DNA of 25,834 nucleotides, taken from the NCBI GenBank assembly GCA_964639515.1, contig CAZXDE010000008.1:1-25834 (forward strand). Reading direction: 5' to 3'. How positions within the stretch are numbered: position 1 is the first letter of the stretch; every line of letters starts with the position of its first letter. Positions 7,668 through 15,847 of the stretch are shown one piece after another. The translations under genes and the position numbers were made by a program. Origin of the DNA: an uncultured Thermodesulfovibrio sp. GTDB taxonomy: Bacteria; Nitrospirota; Thermodesulfovibrionia; Thermodesulfovibrionales; JdFR-85. Below the pieces are notes generated by a model. The model ran no database searches and was not told where the DNA came from. It was given only the letters and a program-made list of their open reading frames with translations.

Positions 7668-8142
7668 AAAAACAGCAAACAGCAAATCCCTGCGGATTAG
7701 AAAGGCCGGTACAAGGGACGTAAGGGAGATACATCGTCTTGTTAATTCTTTTGCAAAGAGAGAACAGATGTTGCCGCGCTCACTCAACGAGATATATGAA
7801 ACCCTCAGGGACCATATTGTATGTGAAGATAATGGTGAAGTAACAGGCGTTTGTGCATTGCATATACTCTGGGAGGACCTTGCAGAAATAAGGTCCCTGG
7901 CTGTAAAGGCGGATGCCCAGAGGCAGGGAACAGGAAAAAGTCTGGTAAAAAACTGTATTTCCGAGGCAAAACGGCTCGGCATAGAACGCATCTTTGTTCT
8001 TACCTACAATCCTGATTTTTTCAGGTCCCTCGGGTTTGTCGATATAGACAAGTCGGAGTTACCGCAAAAAATATGGGGAGACTGTCTCAGATGTCATAAG
8101 TTTCCGGAATGTGATGAGTTTGCCTTGATTAAGAAGGTGTGA
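7657..8142 (+). CDS. GNAT N-acetyltransferase, short ArgA-like (amino-acid N-acetyltransferase)
   Basis: 161 aa with MLPRSLNEIYE, LWEDLAEIRSLAV, the AcCoA motif QRQGTG, FVLTY and IWGDCLRCHKFPECDE. Confidence 0.88.
   Translation: MSYKKTANSKSLRIRKAGTRDVREIHRLVNSFAKREQMLPRSLNEIYETLRDHIVCEDNGEVTGVCALHILWEDLAEIRSLAVKADAQRQGTGKSLVKNCISEAKRLGIERIFVLTYNPDFFRSLGFVDIDKSELPQKIWGDCLRCHKFPECDEFALIKKV
7670..7683 (+). repeat. 7-nt tandem repeat (AAACAGC)x2 in the 5' end of the GNAT gene
   Basis: AAACAGC AAACAGC, followed by a degenerate AAATCCC. Confidence 0.5.
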
Positions 8143-8698
8143 GGTTTATTTTTATGTAGGATTCCTCCCTCAGTTTTTCAATGAGTTTCCTGAGGCGTTT
8201 ATTTACCTCCCTTTCCCTCAGAAGTCTCTCAATATCATCCCGAACATTGTCAATCGGGGTCTTTCCAAACCTCTCCCTGTTTTCATTATAGAATCTTTCG
8301 ATCTCTTCCGGTGGAATCTTTATAAAGACCCTGACTTTTATATCGACGTATTCTTTAATAAGTTCATCGTCTGATTTGCCGCGTAACCGGATTCTCTTTG
8401 CCTCTCTGAGCAGGAGCTTTCGGTTAATCAGGGCATTTATAGCCTCTTCTTCAGAAAGCCCGTGTGCTGACTTTTTGGCCTTTTTGATATATTGCGTAAA
8501 ATCCGTCAGGGTAATCGCCTCATCATCAATAAAGGCAACAACCCGGTCAATGAGTTCAGCAGATGAAAGTTGCAGGAATGCCGTCAGTACCATTGTAAAT
8601 GTCAATGTCAGTGTTAGTAGTATAGTAATAATGTAGTTGTTGTATCTGGAACCCGCAACCCGCAACCCGCAACCTGCTGTGCTGTCATCAGAATGCAT
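8129..8698 (-). CDS. SurA N-terminal-domain periplasmic chaperone (no PPIase domain)
   Basis: 189 aa from the ATG at 8698, overlapping the Omp85 stop by 11 nt. A hydrophobic signal segment ending SSA is followed by ELIDRVVAFIDDEAITL, ALINRKLLLREAKR and IPPEEIERFYNEN. The exact start is uncertain. Confidence 0.8.
   Translation of the reverse strand: MHSDDSTAGCGLRVAGSRYNNYIITILLTLTLTFTMVLTAFLQLSSAELIDRVVAFIDDEAITLTDFTQYIKKAKKSAHGLSEEEAINALINRKLLLREAKRIRLRGKSDDELIKEYVDIKVRVFIKIPPEEIERFYNENRERFGKTPIDNVRDDIERLLREREVNKRLRKLIEKLREESYIKINLTPS
8650..8677 (+). repeat. 7-nt tandem repeat (AACCCGC)x3 + AACCTGC
   Basis: Three perfect copies and one single-mismatch copy, encoding AGCGLRVAG on the minus strand within the SurA-like N-terminus. 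Confidence 0.85.
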
Positions 8699-11393
8699 GT
8701 CCGATACTGAAATGTACCTCTCCCGCACTTTCACCCTCCCTTCTGTCAAGTTTATGCCCATAGTCGATCCGTATAGGCCCAACAGGTGTCCTGTATCTTA
8801 TACCCAGCCCGGCTGTATATCGAAAGGTCAGGTCCATATTGACGGTTTTTGTCCAGACATTTCCTCCGTCAAGAAATCCGACAATGCTAAAACCCCTTCC
8901 AACATAAGTTCTCAGTTCAATATTGGACATCAGAAAGGCATTTCCACCGGTCGGTGTACCATCTTTACCTTTTGGTCCCAGGGTATCCTGTTCAAAACCC
9001 CTCACAGTATTTCTTCCTCCGAGGAAGAATCTCTCAACAATGGGAAGTTGTCTTGTGTCCGCAAATCCCTGTGCCGCCCCTCCTTTAACAGCAAGGGCAA
9101 GAGTAAATCGTCTTCCGAGTTTCCTGTAAGTACTTCCATGAATAGTCAATTTCACAAAATCCGTTTCTCCAAGGAGATAGGTACTTGCAATCTTCAGGGA
9201 TGCACCAATTAATACCCCCCTGGCAGGGTCAAAAGGGTTGTCTCTGGTATCATAGAGTGCACCTGTACGTATGCTGCTGATAGCGAGTGTACCTTCGTCT
9301 TCTCTTGATAAAACAACATCCGGCTTTAAATCAAAGGTTTCGACAAGGGAAAAGTCATAGGCAATCTGTGCCTTCAGGTTATTGGTCAGGTTTTTTTCAA
9401 TTGATACCCCGGAGGAGTTTTTCTTCATCCTGTACCAGACCTCTCCGGTATCGATACTCTTTTCCGTGCGGTCCTCTCTGAGGAGGAATGTGTTGAAGAC
9501 AACCGGTTTCCCGAATAGATAGGGTTCATGATAACCAAGAACAAATCTTTTCTCCAGCGTACTCAATTCACCTCTGAGATGTATCCTCCTGTTCATCCCC
9601 CATAGATTCCTGTAACTAATGTCAATGGAGCCCCTCAGACCTTCATAGTCATCATACCCAATACTGAATTCAACCACACCCGGATTGCCTTCACTGACGG
9701 TTATAACGATATCACGCTTGTTGTCCTTTTTATCAAGTAGTTTAATATTAATATCTTTAAAGAGGCCCAGACGATAAAGACGTTTTGTCCCTTCTAAAAG
9801 CAATTTGTAGTTAAAGGGTTCGCCTTCTTTATGAAGGAACTCCCTTTCAATGACCTCGGTCCTGGTGAACATGTTGCCCCTGACTATTGTTTTACCGAAA
9901 TATTCCTTCTCACCTTCCTTGATTCTGAATATGACTTCCACTGACTGCCCTGATGTCGTGGTATCAACAGAGACATTGATATCTGTAAAACCCTGCTCCT
10001 TATAACTGTCGGTCAAACGCTTTTTTGCATCTATTATATCCAGTTCATTATAGGGGGCATCTTTTTTAATATTTAAAATCCTGTAGATATCTTTATCAGT
10101 AAAAAAGGTGTTGCCTTCGGCTATGACCTTGCCAATCCGGAACCGAGGTCCCTCATTCAGGATAAATCTTATATCCACTATCCCTGTTTTCCCGGATATA
10201 TTGACTGCAGTGTCCACAATCTTTGCATTCAGGTAACCCAGTGCCCTGTAAAGGCCTGTTATGGTTTCAGCGTCCGGTTCTAAAAGATCGGGATTATACG
10301 GGGATTCCTCTTTCAGGTTTATAACATTTTTAAGCATCTTTTCAGTGATGGAGTTGTTCTCAAATTCAATCTTCCGTATTTTATATGCTTTCCCTTCGTA
10401 AATGAAAAAGGTAAGAGAAATAGTCTTTTCATTCTCGGTCCTTAAAGGTGCCACCTGGGCATAAATAAATCCCTTCTGATGGTAAAGAGAGAGTATTTTT
10501 GCCGAGACTTCTTCAATTAACTCATCGTCAACCTCTTCTGCTTCACTGAAGGGCATTATCTTCATAAATCTGGATGTGCTTATCTCCGTATTGCCGTTTA
10601 TCTCAATCTTTAGCCTCTTGCCCGGAGACACAGGAACTGTAAGAAGACCCTCGGAAAAGGTAAAGGGTCCGACTGTTGGATCAAGATACCCCTTTGACTT
10701 CAGGTAGTCCCTGATTCTCACCAGGTCTTTTTTAATCTTTTCAACGTTATATATCTCTCCGGGTTCAACGTACATCTTCTGCTTCAGCCATTGATCAGCA
10801 CCCTTGATTTCAATCCTTTGGATAATGAGGGGCTCACCCTCATTGACTTTGAGTTTTATCACCACTCTGTAAGGTTTTGGAGCTTTTTCCACAGTCAACG
10901 ATAGTGATGCCTCCGGAAACCCAATTAGTCCGAGGGAGTTTTTGAGTTTTTTCCTGGCTGTCTCAATGAGGTCATAGCGCATTATGCCGTCCTCTTTCAG
11001 GAGAAACAGCTTTTTTATCTCACTGCCTGAAAGGTATCTGTTGCCTGAGACCTTTATTTTATAAATGTATTCGCGTTCCCTGACCTGAATGACAAGGGTC
11101 TTGTCCGGGGTATAACTGACTGCAATATCCTCAAATATACCCTTTCTGAATGCCCTCTTTATCCCCTCACTAATTGTCCTTCCGTCTATCAATCCACGGT
11201 GGACATTCATCAAATAGAGGAGTTCGTCTTTTGTGCATGAGGCAAGTCCTTTAATGATGATTTTCTCCACAAGGAAACCCTCAGCGGCTTGAACCTTTAA
11301 GGGAAGCGTCAGAAAAGACGGAACTATCAGAAGGGCAACCAGCAGGCAGCAGGCACTACGCACTAATTTCCTTGCCCGGGTTTCTGCTATCAT
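8688..11393 (-). CDS. Omp85-family outer-membrane assembly protein (BamA/TamA-like) with about 7 POTRA domains
   Basis: 901 aa with a signal peptide, seven POTRA-start motifs, the barrel loop-6 motif FFLGGRNTVRGF, GLGIRYRTPVGPIRIDYG and a C-terminal Phe. Confidence 0.92.
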   Translation of the reverse strand: MIAETRARKLVRSACCLLVALLIVPSFLTLPLKVQAAEGFLVEKIIIKGLASCTKDELLYLMNVHRGLIDGRTISEGIKRAFRKGIFEDIAVSYTPDKTLVIQVREREYIYKIKVSGNRYLSGSEIKKLFLLKEDGIMRYDLIETARKKLKNSLGLIGFPEASLSLTVEKAPKPYRVVIKLKVNEGEPLIIQRIEIKGADQWLKQKMYVEPGEIYNVEKIKKDLVRIRDYLKSKGYLDPTVGPFTFSEGLLTVPVSPGKRLKIEINGNTEISTSRFMKIMPFSEAEEVDDELIEEVSAKILSLYHQKGFIYAQVAPLRTENEKTISLTFFIYEGKAYKIRKIEFENNSITEKMLKNVINLKEESPYNPDLLEPDAETITGLYRALGYLNAKIVDTAVNISGKTGIVDIRFILNEGPRFRIGKVIAEGNTFFTDKDIYRILNIKKDAPYNELDIIDAKKRLTDSYKEQGFTDINVSVDTTTSGQSVEVIFRIKEGEKEYFGKTIVRGNMFTRTEVIEREFLHKEGEPFNYKLLLEGTKRLYRLGLFKDINIKLLDKKDNKRDIVITVSEGNPGVVEFSIGYDDYEGLRGSIDISYRNLWGMNRRIHLRGELSTLEKRFVLGYHEPYLFGKPVVFNTFLLREDRTEKSIDTGEVWYRMKKNSSGVSIEKNLTNNLKAQIAYDFSLVETFDLKPDVVLSREDEGTLAISSIRTGALYDTRDNPFDPARGVLIGASLKIASTYLLGETDFVKLTIHGSTYRKLGRRFTLALAVKGGAAQGFADTRQLPIVERFFLGGRNTVRGFEQDTLGPKGKDGTPTGGNAFLMSNIELRTYVGRGFSIVGFLDGGNVWTKTVNMDLTFRYTAGLGIRYRTPVGPIRIDYGHKLDRREGESAGEVHFSIGHAF

Positions 11394-14300
11394 CTGAACT
11401 CCACTCTGAACTTTATATCAGCACCGAGGGTTCCGAGCTCATCCCGTTCCCCGACAAGGGATATGTTGTCATTCAGAAAAAACTCCACTCTAAGGGACTG
11501 TTCAGTAGCATTGCCTAACGAAGTTGTATATGTCACATATAGTCTGTCGGCAAGAAGCCTTTTTGAGACCGTAATCTTTGGTCCGATTGTGCCTGTAGTT
11601 TCAGAGACGTAAGGTTCTACCTGTATTCTGTCAAAGCCCGTAATGTTTCTCAGTCTATCTTCAAGTGTTTCCTGAAGTTTTCCCGTCAGAAACGATGCAG
11701 CCTCGGAAGCGCCGATTCCGCCTTCAAATCCCTTCAACTTGGTGCCAAGCTCTCCCACGGTCAGGAGGCTCAGGATGTCTATCTCATCAAGCAAGGGCTC
11801 GGAAGAGAGGGAAAGGTTAAACTGTTCCGCATATCCTTCCAGAGAGAGATGTATCTTATACTCCTTTACCCTTGTGCCGGCAACAATATCAAAAAAAGGG
11901 TTTATCCTCGCCGGGTCGGTAAAGTCGGCACTGGCATTTATTATGGTGAATTCATTATTTCTGAAGAATATCTTTCCCCCTTTCAGCTCTACCCGTCCTA
12001 TCAGGGAGGGATTCTTCAATGTGCCCAGTATCACAAGGTCTATCCTTGCAGGAGCCGTTGCAAGGTTATTGTCTATTAGTATATCCTTATCACCATAAAG
12101 GTTGATGTTAAGATCAATGGTATCAAGAAGACCGTACTGCTTTTTTTGCAGGGCAGGTTTTTTTGCACTGAGGATCCAGCTTCTCCATTCGATATTCCTT
12201 GTATATCTGCCCCTCAGCACCCTCATATCTCCAATCAGGTATACGCCCTCCTGTTTCTTTGCCAGTACCAGTTCCCCTGAGAGCTTGAAAGAGACCCCTT
12301 CCTCGAGGTATAAGTTGATATTCTTTACAACAGCTTCAAGATGATAATCCCTGAGTTTCAGGCCCTCTATACGGCCAACGCCCCTTATACTTATGTCTCC
12401 GGATGCAAACCTGCCAGACAGGGTATCTATGACGATCCTGTTTTCATCAATATAGATATACCCCTTTATGGAAGAGAACCTGTTAGGAATCCCCGTTACA
12501 GCAATTGAAGTCTCCTCAATTGACAGCCCCCCGTTAATTACGGGATCAAGCCACTTGCCCTTTACGGCAAGGACAAAGTCGGAATAGCCCCTTATATATT
12601 CCAACCCGGATATGAATCCCTTTAATGGACTAAGGTAGGCCCTTCCGTCTATTGTTACGTCATATCCATCTTCAAGGTCGAGGTTGCCGTTTATGTTGAG
12701 GGCAGCAAGTCCTGTCCTCAGGCTGAAAGAGTTGAATTCAATCTTTGAACCATCAATTGTCAGCATAATATCTTTCGTATTCGTGAAGTTCTGCTCATAG
12801 AGCTTAAGTTTAAGACTCTTTAACACCACACTACCCTTTACGGAACGGGAAGTTCCCGAGAGGGCTATCTCACCCTTCAGGGACAGGAAGAGGTCTTCCG
12901 GCACATCTTTTAAGAAGACATCCTTCAAAAACAAACGTATTACATCATCATATAATCCTTCCTTTATATCTATCCTGACCCGCCAGGGTAGATCGCCGTA
13001 TGTAGCTATGTTCCCGGCAATTGAGACCTGTTTCCTGAATAACCTGCCCGTAAGGCTGACCTCCCGGTTCTTAAGTCTCAGGTGAATAGCACCTAAATCC
13101 GGTTGAATGGGAGTCTCTGTTCCGGTTGCTCCACGGTCAGTGATCACCCCTATCATGCCATTGAATTCTCCCTCAGGAGACTTTAATGAACCACCTGCCT
13201 TGAGGTCCCCCCTGAGACGAAAGCCCCGCGGTAATTTCGCGGCAATATCATCAGAGACAAGGGAGACCTCAAATCCATCGCTCTTTATAATTCCGGCGTT
13301 TGAGACGGAGATTGCGCCCTTTAAAAAAGAGGTTCCTTTTGTAAGAATAAAGTTTGAGAGGTCAAACTCTTTGCTGCTGTATTTGAAGTCTGTTTTCATA
13401 TCTGCATAAAGACCCTTTATTTTCAGTTCTTCGGTCTCTGTATGCCCGGACAGAATGAGGTTGTTTAAGGGACCATCAAGCCTGAAGTCACCGGATAATT
13501 TACCGTCTGTCTCATCTGCTATCCTGGAGAATCCTTGATCCTCCGTGGATGCCGGCTTCAGTGCAATCCACTCCTTAAGGTTGTCAAGGGGTAATCGCAA
13601 GAAAATGCCGGAGAGAGATAATTCAGGACTATTGAAGGTAAACAGTTCAGATTCAAGGGTCTTTACCGTGCCCGCTAAGGTATAAGCTGTATCTTTCAGC
13701 TTTCCTTCAAGGCGGTTAATTGTCAACCCGCTCTTTCTGTATGCTATAAGGGCATCAAGACATCCCAGAGGCTGGTTCATATAGAAGAAGTTGCACAGGC
13801 TTGCGTTACCTGAAATTACCGGGTCTTCGATCAACCCTGTAACATTGCCTTTAAACTGTCCGGTTCCCTTTATTATTCCCTCTTTATAATATACTTCGTT
13901 AAGGTCTTCCGTTGAAACAACTGCCTTCAGCCTGAGTATTCCTTTCCCGAAATCCAGGAATCCTTCAGAGGCAAGCCTGGTCCTGGGAGATGATGCCTTA
14001 ATGTCTGTTAGTGTAAGCACATGTTCTTTCATACGAAAGGAACCACTTGCCTTCCGTATCTTTTTGAGGAACGATGTCCCGGATGACTTGCCGTTGACAC
14101 CTGTATCCCTGTCCGTTTGAAAAGCCTTGTATCGGAAAGTGCCCCAGGGCTCAAATGCCCGTCCTTCTGATTGCAGGATACCTGTAACACTGCCGGGTGG
14201 TAATCCGGGGTCCCATTTGATCAGTTTCAATATGTTGTGACTGTCAATGGATTCCGCCTGAACCTTCAGGGAAAATCTTGTTGGTCTTGAAAGGTAGATA

Positions 14301-15469
14301 TTAACCCCTACAACAGCATTCCCGTTGTAGGCAGAGACTTTGCCGTCGTGAAACTGCAGCACCTTTTCCTTATAAACAAGCCTGGATTTTACACTGTCAA
14401 CATCAATGCCGTAAATATGCCCCCCCTTCATCTCAACCTCGAGTTGTGCTATGGGGTTCATTACAGGACCCGTTACAGTACCTGAAAAGCCGGCAAGTCC
14501 CCGTAGAGGAACCTTCTGTTTAAGGAATTCCATTAGGGTTTCAAGGTACATATTGCCTTTTACGTCAAGGTTAACGGACAAGCCCTGAAGAAAAGTGAAG
14601 GCAGGGTCGGGAGATTGGGGGCTGGAGGTTTTGTTGACGGCCTTCCACTGAACCTTTCCACTTGCCGTTATGCTGCCCGTGCTATCTTTTTTGAGCAAAA
14701 ATATATCCGATAATGTCTCTATTGATACATCTGTCGTTATCGTACCTTCAAAGATATTGTTCTTCAGTTGCCCTTTCAGACTCAGGTATGAATCTTCGCT
14801 TTTAAACTCAAGAGTTTTTAACCGGACCATGTTATCGGAAAACGATAACAGCATATGCAGGCTTCCATTGATAACATCCCTGTCTTGCCGGATAATGTTG
14901 AGCTCTGAGTCCCTGAGGTTCAGGGACCTTCGCTTCATATTTCCTTCAGCCCTTATGTTATGAAGAAACAGAACGACTCTCTTTTCAGGATCGGAGACAC
15001 TGATGCTTCCATTCTTCAGCAGTATGCTTCCAATCTTTATCTTCCAACCGGATGTTTTAATCCCTGATTTTTTTGCAGCCATTAATCCGGCAGCACCCTT
15101 TAGAGACTGAACGGTAGTCCCATATTGAAGGCTGTCAACGGCAACAACGGAGACATAAAGTTCACGGCGCAAAAGGGGCAGGAGTTCAATATAAAATCTG
15201 GCTTTTTTTATTGAGAGAGTCTCTTCACCTTCCTTGTCGGATACTAAAAAGTTGTCAACGCCTACAAAAAGGGGGAATAGATTTATGTATATCCTTTTAG
15301 CAGTAACCCTCTGACCGGAGATACGTGAGAGTTCGGGCAGGACTATCCTCTTCAGGTGGTTTGACATAAAAGGCGATCTTATATAAAAAAAAGCCCCGGT
15401 TATGAATATCACCAGGACGGATATAGATGTAACTAAGAGTAGCTTTTTCCTTTTCACTGAAAATATCAC
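11390..15469 (-). CDS. tamB: translocation and assembly module TamB (AsmA-like, C-terminal DUF490)
   Basis: 1359 aa, GTG start, N-terminal transmembrane anchor and long beta-rich body. C-terminus matches DUF490 (NPFFDIVAGTRVKEYKIHL, VSKRLLADRLYVTY, LGADIKFRVEF). ATGA overlap with the Omp85 gene. Confidence 0.88.
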   Translation of the reverse strand: MIFSVKRKKLLLVTSISVLVIFITGAFFYIRSPFMSNHLKRIVLPELSRISGQRVTAKRIYINLFPLFVGVDNFLVSDKEGEETLSIKKARFYIELLPLLRRELYVSVVAVDSLQYGTTVQSLKGAAGLMAAKKSGIKTSGWKIKIGSILLKNGSISVSDPEKRVVLFLHNIRAEGNMKRRSLNLRDSELNIIRQDRDVINGSLHMLLSFSDNMVRLKTLEFKSEDSYLSLKGQLKNNIFEGTITTDVSIETLSDIFLLKKDSTGSITASGKVQWKAVNKTSSPQSPDPAFTFLQGLSVNLDVKGNMYLETLMEFLKQKVPLRGLAGFSGTVTGPVMNPIAQLEVEMKGGHIYGIDVDSVKSRLVYKEKVLQFHDGKVSAYNGNAVVGVNIYLSRPTRFSLKVQAESIDSHNILKLIKWDPGLPPGSVTGILQSEGRAFEPWGTFRYKAFQTDRDTGVNGKSSGTSFLKKIRKASGSFRMKEHVLTLTDIKASSPRTRLASEGFLDFGKGILRLKAVVSTEDLNEVYYKEGIIKGTGQFKGNVTGLIEDPVISGNASLCNFFYMNQPLGCLDALIAYRKSGLTINRLEGKLKDTAYTLAGTVKTLESELFTFNSPELSLSGIFLRLPLDNLKEWIALKPASTEDQGFSRIADETDGKLSGDFRLDGPLNNLILSGHTETEELKIKGLYADMKTDFKYSSKEFDLSNFILTKGTSFLKGAISVSNAGIIKSDGFEVSLVSDDIAAKLPRGFRLRGDLKAGGSLKSPEGEFNGMIGVITDRGATGTETPIQPDLGAIHLRLKNREVSLTGRLFRKQVSIAGNIATYGDLPWRVRIDIKEGLYDDVIRLFLKDVFLKDVPEDLFLSLKGEIALSGTSRSVKGSVVLKSLKLKLYEQNFTNTKDIMLTIDGSKIEFNSFSLRTGLAALNINGNLDLEDGYDVTIDGRAYLSPLKGFISGLEYIRGYSDFVLAVKGKWLDPVINGGLSIEETSIAVTGIPNRFSSIKGYIYIDENRIVIDTLSGRFASGDISIRGVGRIEGLKLRDYHLEAVVKNINLYLEEGVSFKLSGELVLAKKQEGVYLIGDMRVLRGRYTRNIEWRSWILSAKKPALQKKQYGLLDTIDLNINLYGDKDILIDNNLATAPARIDLVILGTLKNPSLIGRVELKGGKIFFRNNEFTIINASADFTDPARINPFFDIVAGTRVKEYKIHLSLEGYAEQFNLSLSSEPLLDEIDILSLLTVGELGTKLKGFEGGIGASEAASFLTGKLQETLEDRLRNITGFDRIQVEPYVSETTGTIGPKITVSKRLLADRLYVTYTTSLGNATEQSLRVEFFLNDNISLVGERDELGTLGADIKFRVEFR

Positions 15470-15706
15470 TCTCTTTGTAAGCCCAAAGGCTACTTCATAT
15501 TTTTATCCACCGTTATGAGCCATTGGTACATAATGCTTTCATTCCATGCATTAGCCACGAATTAAAACGATGTGCTCAAAGCATACAACATTGCAGTAAT
15601 GAAACACCGGAGTATTGAAGTGCCAACGTCCTGATTTTTCATTTCTCCACTCCACCCACCCTCTGTTAATCCAAGGCTTTACCCCTGCATTTTACGGCAG
15701 TAATAT

Positions 15707-15715
15707 ATTATGGCA
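15707..15715 (-). promoter_or_regulatory. candidate extended -10 promoter for the tamB operon
   Basis: The minus strand reads TG-C-CATAAT, about 240 nt upstream of the tamB GTG, overlapping the palindrome TAATATATTA (15701-15710). Confidence 0.35.
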
Positions 15716-15764
15716 TTTTTGACTGAAAGAAATCAGAGAGAAAATGCGGGAAACACCCTGCGTG

Positions 15765-15794
15765 TTTTCATTTTGGAAGCTTCTTATCTATAAT
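15765..15794 (+). promoter_or_regulatory. candidate sigma70 promoter for the aspC-era operon
   Basis: TTTTCA (15765-15770), an 18-nt spacer, then TATAAT (15789-15794). Confidence 0.45.
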
Positions 15795-15847
15795 AGATGG
15801 GGTTGTAACAGGAGGACCATAAAATAAAAATCATACCGGAGGGTTCT

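Noticed and set aside
8699-8782. Longer start for the SurA-like gene
   Set aside because: It would overlap the conserved Omp85 C-terminal strands by about 95 nt.
8637-9212. 191-aa plus-strand ORF
   Set aside because: It is an antisense shadow of the Omp85 barrel, with Ser-rich low-information composition and no motifs.
15810-15827. Strong AGGAGG upstream of the aspC SD
   Set aside because: No start codon follows at a usable spacing (ACCATAAAATAA), so no ORF is supported.
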